Positions 37,043-38,264 of a stretch of 38,264 bases of DNA are shown here, in pieces. The position numbers were made by a program, and so were the translations under genes. The stretch covers positions 1-38,264 of the forward strand of contig CAYRZF010000006.1 of NCBI GenBank assembly GCA_964428805.1, read 5' to 3'. Every line of letters starts with the position of its first letter. Positions within the stretch are counted from its first letter, which is position 1. This DNA comes from an uncultured bacterium. GTDB taxonomy: Bacteria; Methylomirabilota; Methylomirabilia; Rokubacteriales; CSP1-6. The notes beneath the pieces are model-generated. The model saw only the letters and a program-made list of their open reading frames with translations. It made no database searches and was not told the origin of the DNA.

Positions 37043-38214
37043 TGGCAGAAGACCGGCGTCAGCTGGCGCTACAGATGCGCATCGGGGTCTTCATCCTGGT
37101 CTCGCTGGGGGTGCTTATCGCCCTCATCTACCTGCTGGGGGCCCAGGCGCGGTATTTCGAGACGAAGAACGAGATCGTCTTGGAGTTCACCGAGGTCGGC
37201 GGGCTCACCCAAGGCGCAACCGTCCGACTGGCGGGGGTTCAGATCGGTCGCGTCACGCGGGTTTCCCTGTCGGAGACTCCCGGGGCTAAGGTCCGCGTGT
37301 CGCTCTCCATCGCCCGACGGTTCGCCGATCGGGTTCGCAAGGATTCGATCGCCCGCATCGAAACCCAGGGCCTCCTCGGAGACAAGATCGTCGAGATCAG
37401 CCTGGGAACCCTGGCGGCGCCACCCCTCAAGCCGGGAGAATCCATCGCCTCTCGGGATCCGGTGGAGGTCAGCCGGCTGGCGGGCGAAGGTGTGGAGATC
37501 CTGAAAAATGTGACGGCGCTGTCGGGGACGCTCCGGACCACCGTGGAGACGTTCAACGAGACGAAGGCACTGGAGGACCTGTCGGCGGTACTCCGCTCTG
37601 CCCGGAGGCTCACCAAGCAGGTGGAGAAGGGATCGGGGTGGCTCCACGTCCTCATCTACGAGGAGCCCGAAGCCCTGAAACGGCTCAATCGAATGCTGGC
37701 TTCCACGGAGCAGCTTTTGGCCGAGACGGGCCGGGGGCAGAGCGCTGTGGGGGTGCTGCTTTCGGCCGAGAGCGGCCGGGCGGCGCGCCAGCTCCTGGCG
37801 GCCATGGAGGCGCTTGGCAAGATGGCCGACCGGGGGAAAGCGGACGAGGGACTCATCGCCGCGCTCCTCTTCGACCCACAGTACAAGTCGGTGGCCCAGG
37901 ACCTCCAGGTGCTCGCGCGGAACTTTCGCGCAGTGTCCGAGCGGCTTGCCCAGGGCAAGGGGATTGCCGGGAGCCTCCTGCAGGACGAGGGGGAAGGCCC
38001 GATGGGGCAGGCGGCGAGTGATTTCCGCATCGCTCTCGCCAACCTCCGGGCCATCACCGACCGGCTGGCGGCGGGAGAGGGGACCATCGGCGGGCTGCTC
38101 GAGGATCCGACCGTCTACGAAAACCTGGCGGCCTTCCTCGAGGGAGCTCAGCGGAGCGTGGTCTTGCGGTACTTGATCCGCTCCACGATCAACGCCGGTC
38201 AGGACAGACGCTAA
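37042..38214 (+). CDS. mlaD: MCE/MlaD family protein with long helical C-terminal region
   Basis: N-terminal TM, VGGL..GA.V.LAGV.IG.V, I.TQGLLGDK.VEI. Confidence 0.88.
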   Translation: MAEDRRQLALQMRIGVFILVSLGVLIALIYLLGAQARYFETKNEIVLEFTEVGGLTQGATVRLAGVQIGRVTRVSLSETPGAKVRVSLSIARRFADRVRKDSIARIETQGLLGDKIVEISLGTLAAPPLKPGESIASRDPVEVSRLAGEGVEILKNVTALSGTLRTTVETFNETKALEDLSAVLRSARRLTKQVEKGSGWLHVLIYEEPEALKRLNRMLASTEQLLAETGRGQSAVGVLLSAESGRAARQLLAAMEALGKMADRGKADEGLIAALLFDPQYKSVAQDLQVLARNFRAVSERLAQGKGIAGSLLQDEGEGPMGQAASDFRIALANLRAITDRLAAGEGTIGGLLEDPTVYENLAAFLEGAQRSVVLRYLIRSTINAGQDRR

Positions 38215-38264
38215 TGGCGCGAGGCTCGTCGGTCTACCGCTGCCAGGAATGCGGTTTCGCCGCC
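38214..38264 (+). CDS. radA: DNA repair protein RadA, N-terminal fragment (truncated by window)
   Basis: ATG overlaps mlaD stop; MARGSSVYRCQECGFAA matches the start of the RadA zinc finger; only 17 codons visible. Confidence 0.6.
   Translation, partial: MARGSSVYRCQECGFAA

Overview
GC-rich bacterial chromosomal window, mostly core genome. Gene order (atpZ-I-B-E-rex, mfd-surA-rho-rpmE-prfA-prmC-murA-his, mlaEFD-radA) suggests a Methylomirabilota/Rokubacteria- or Deltaproteobacteria-like organism; this is inference only. Left part: end of an enoyl-CoA hydratase, a gamma-carbonic-anhydrase-like gene, a type III PKS/methyltransferase/FAD-oxidoreductase cluster, an OsmC-family gene with an in-frame TGA at the catalytic Cys position plus a bacterial SECIS-like hairpin (probable selenoprotein), an M23 peptidase, a low-GC NarK-like MFS gene beside an IS91-like transposase remnant, DUF488 and a CDF transporter. 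Middle: a stand-alone nuoLMN module running into HAD-glpD-GDPD, then the Fo part of the atp operon and rex. Right: housekeeping genes, a his operon (no hisC/hisZ) and an Mla-type ABC system. The most unusual signal is a set of small palindromic repeats. A covarying 11-bp hairpin+CCGG element sits in-frame in protein termini or linkers and nests inside two larger repeat types. Where the larger repeats sit between operon genes, short ORFs span them and overlap both the upstream stop and the downstream start. Several sigma70 promoters appear to give leaderless mRNAs. I saw no rRNA, tRNA or CRISPR array.
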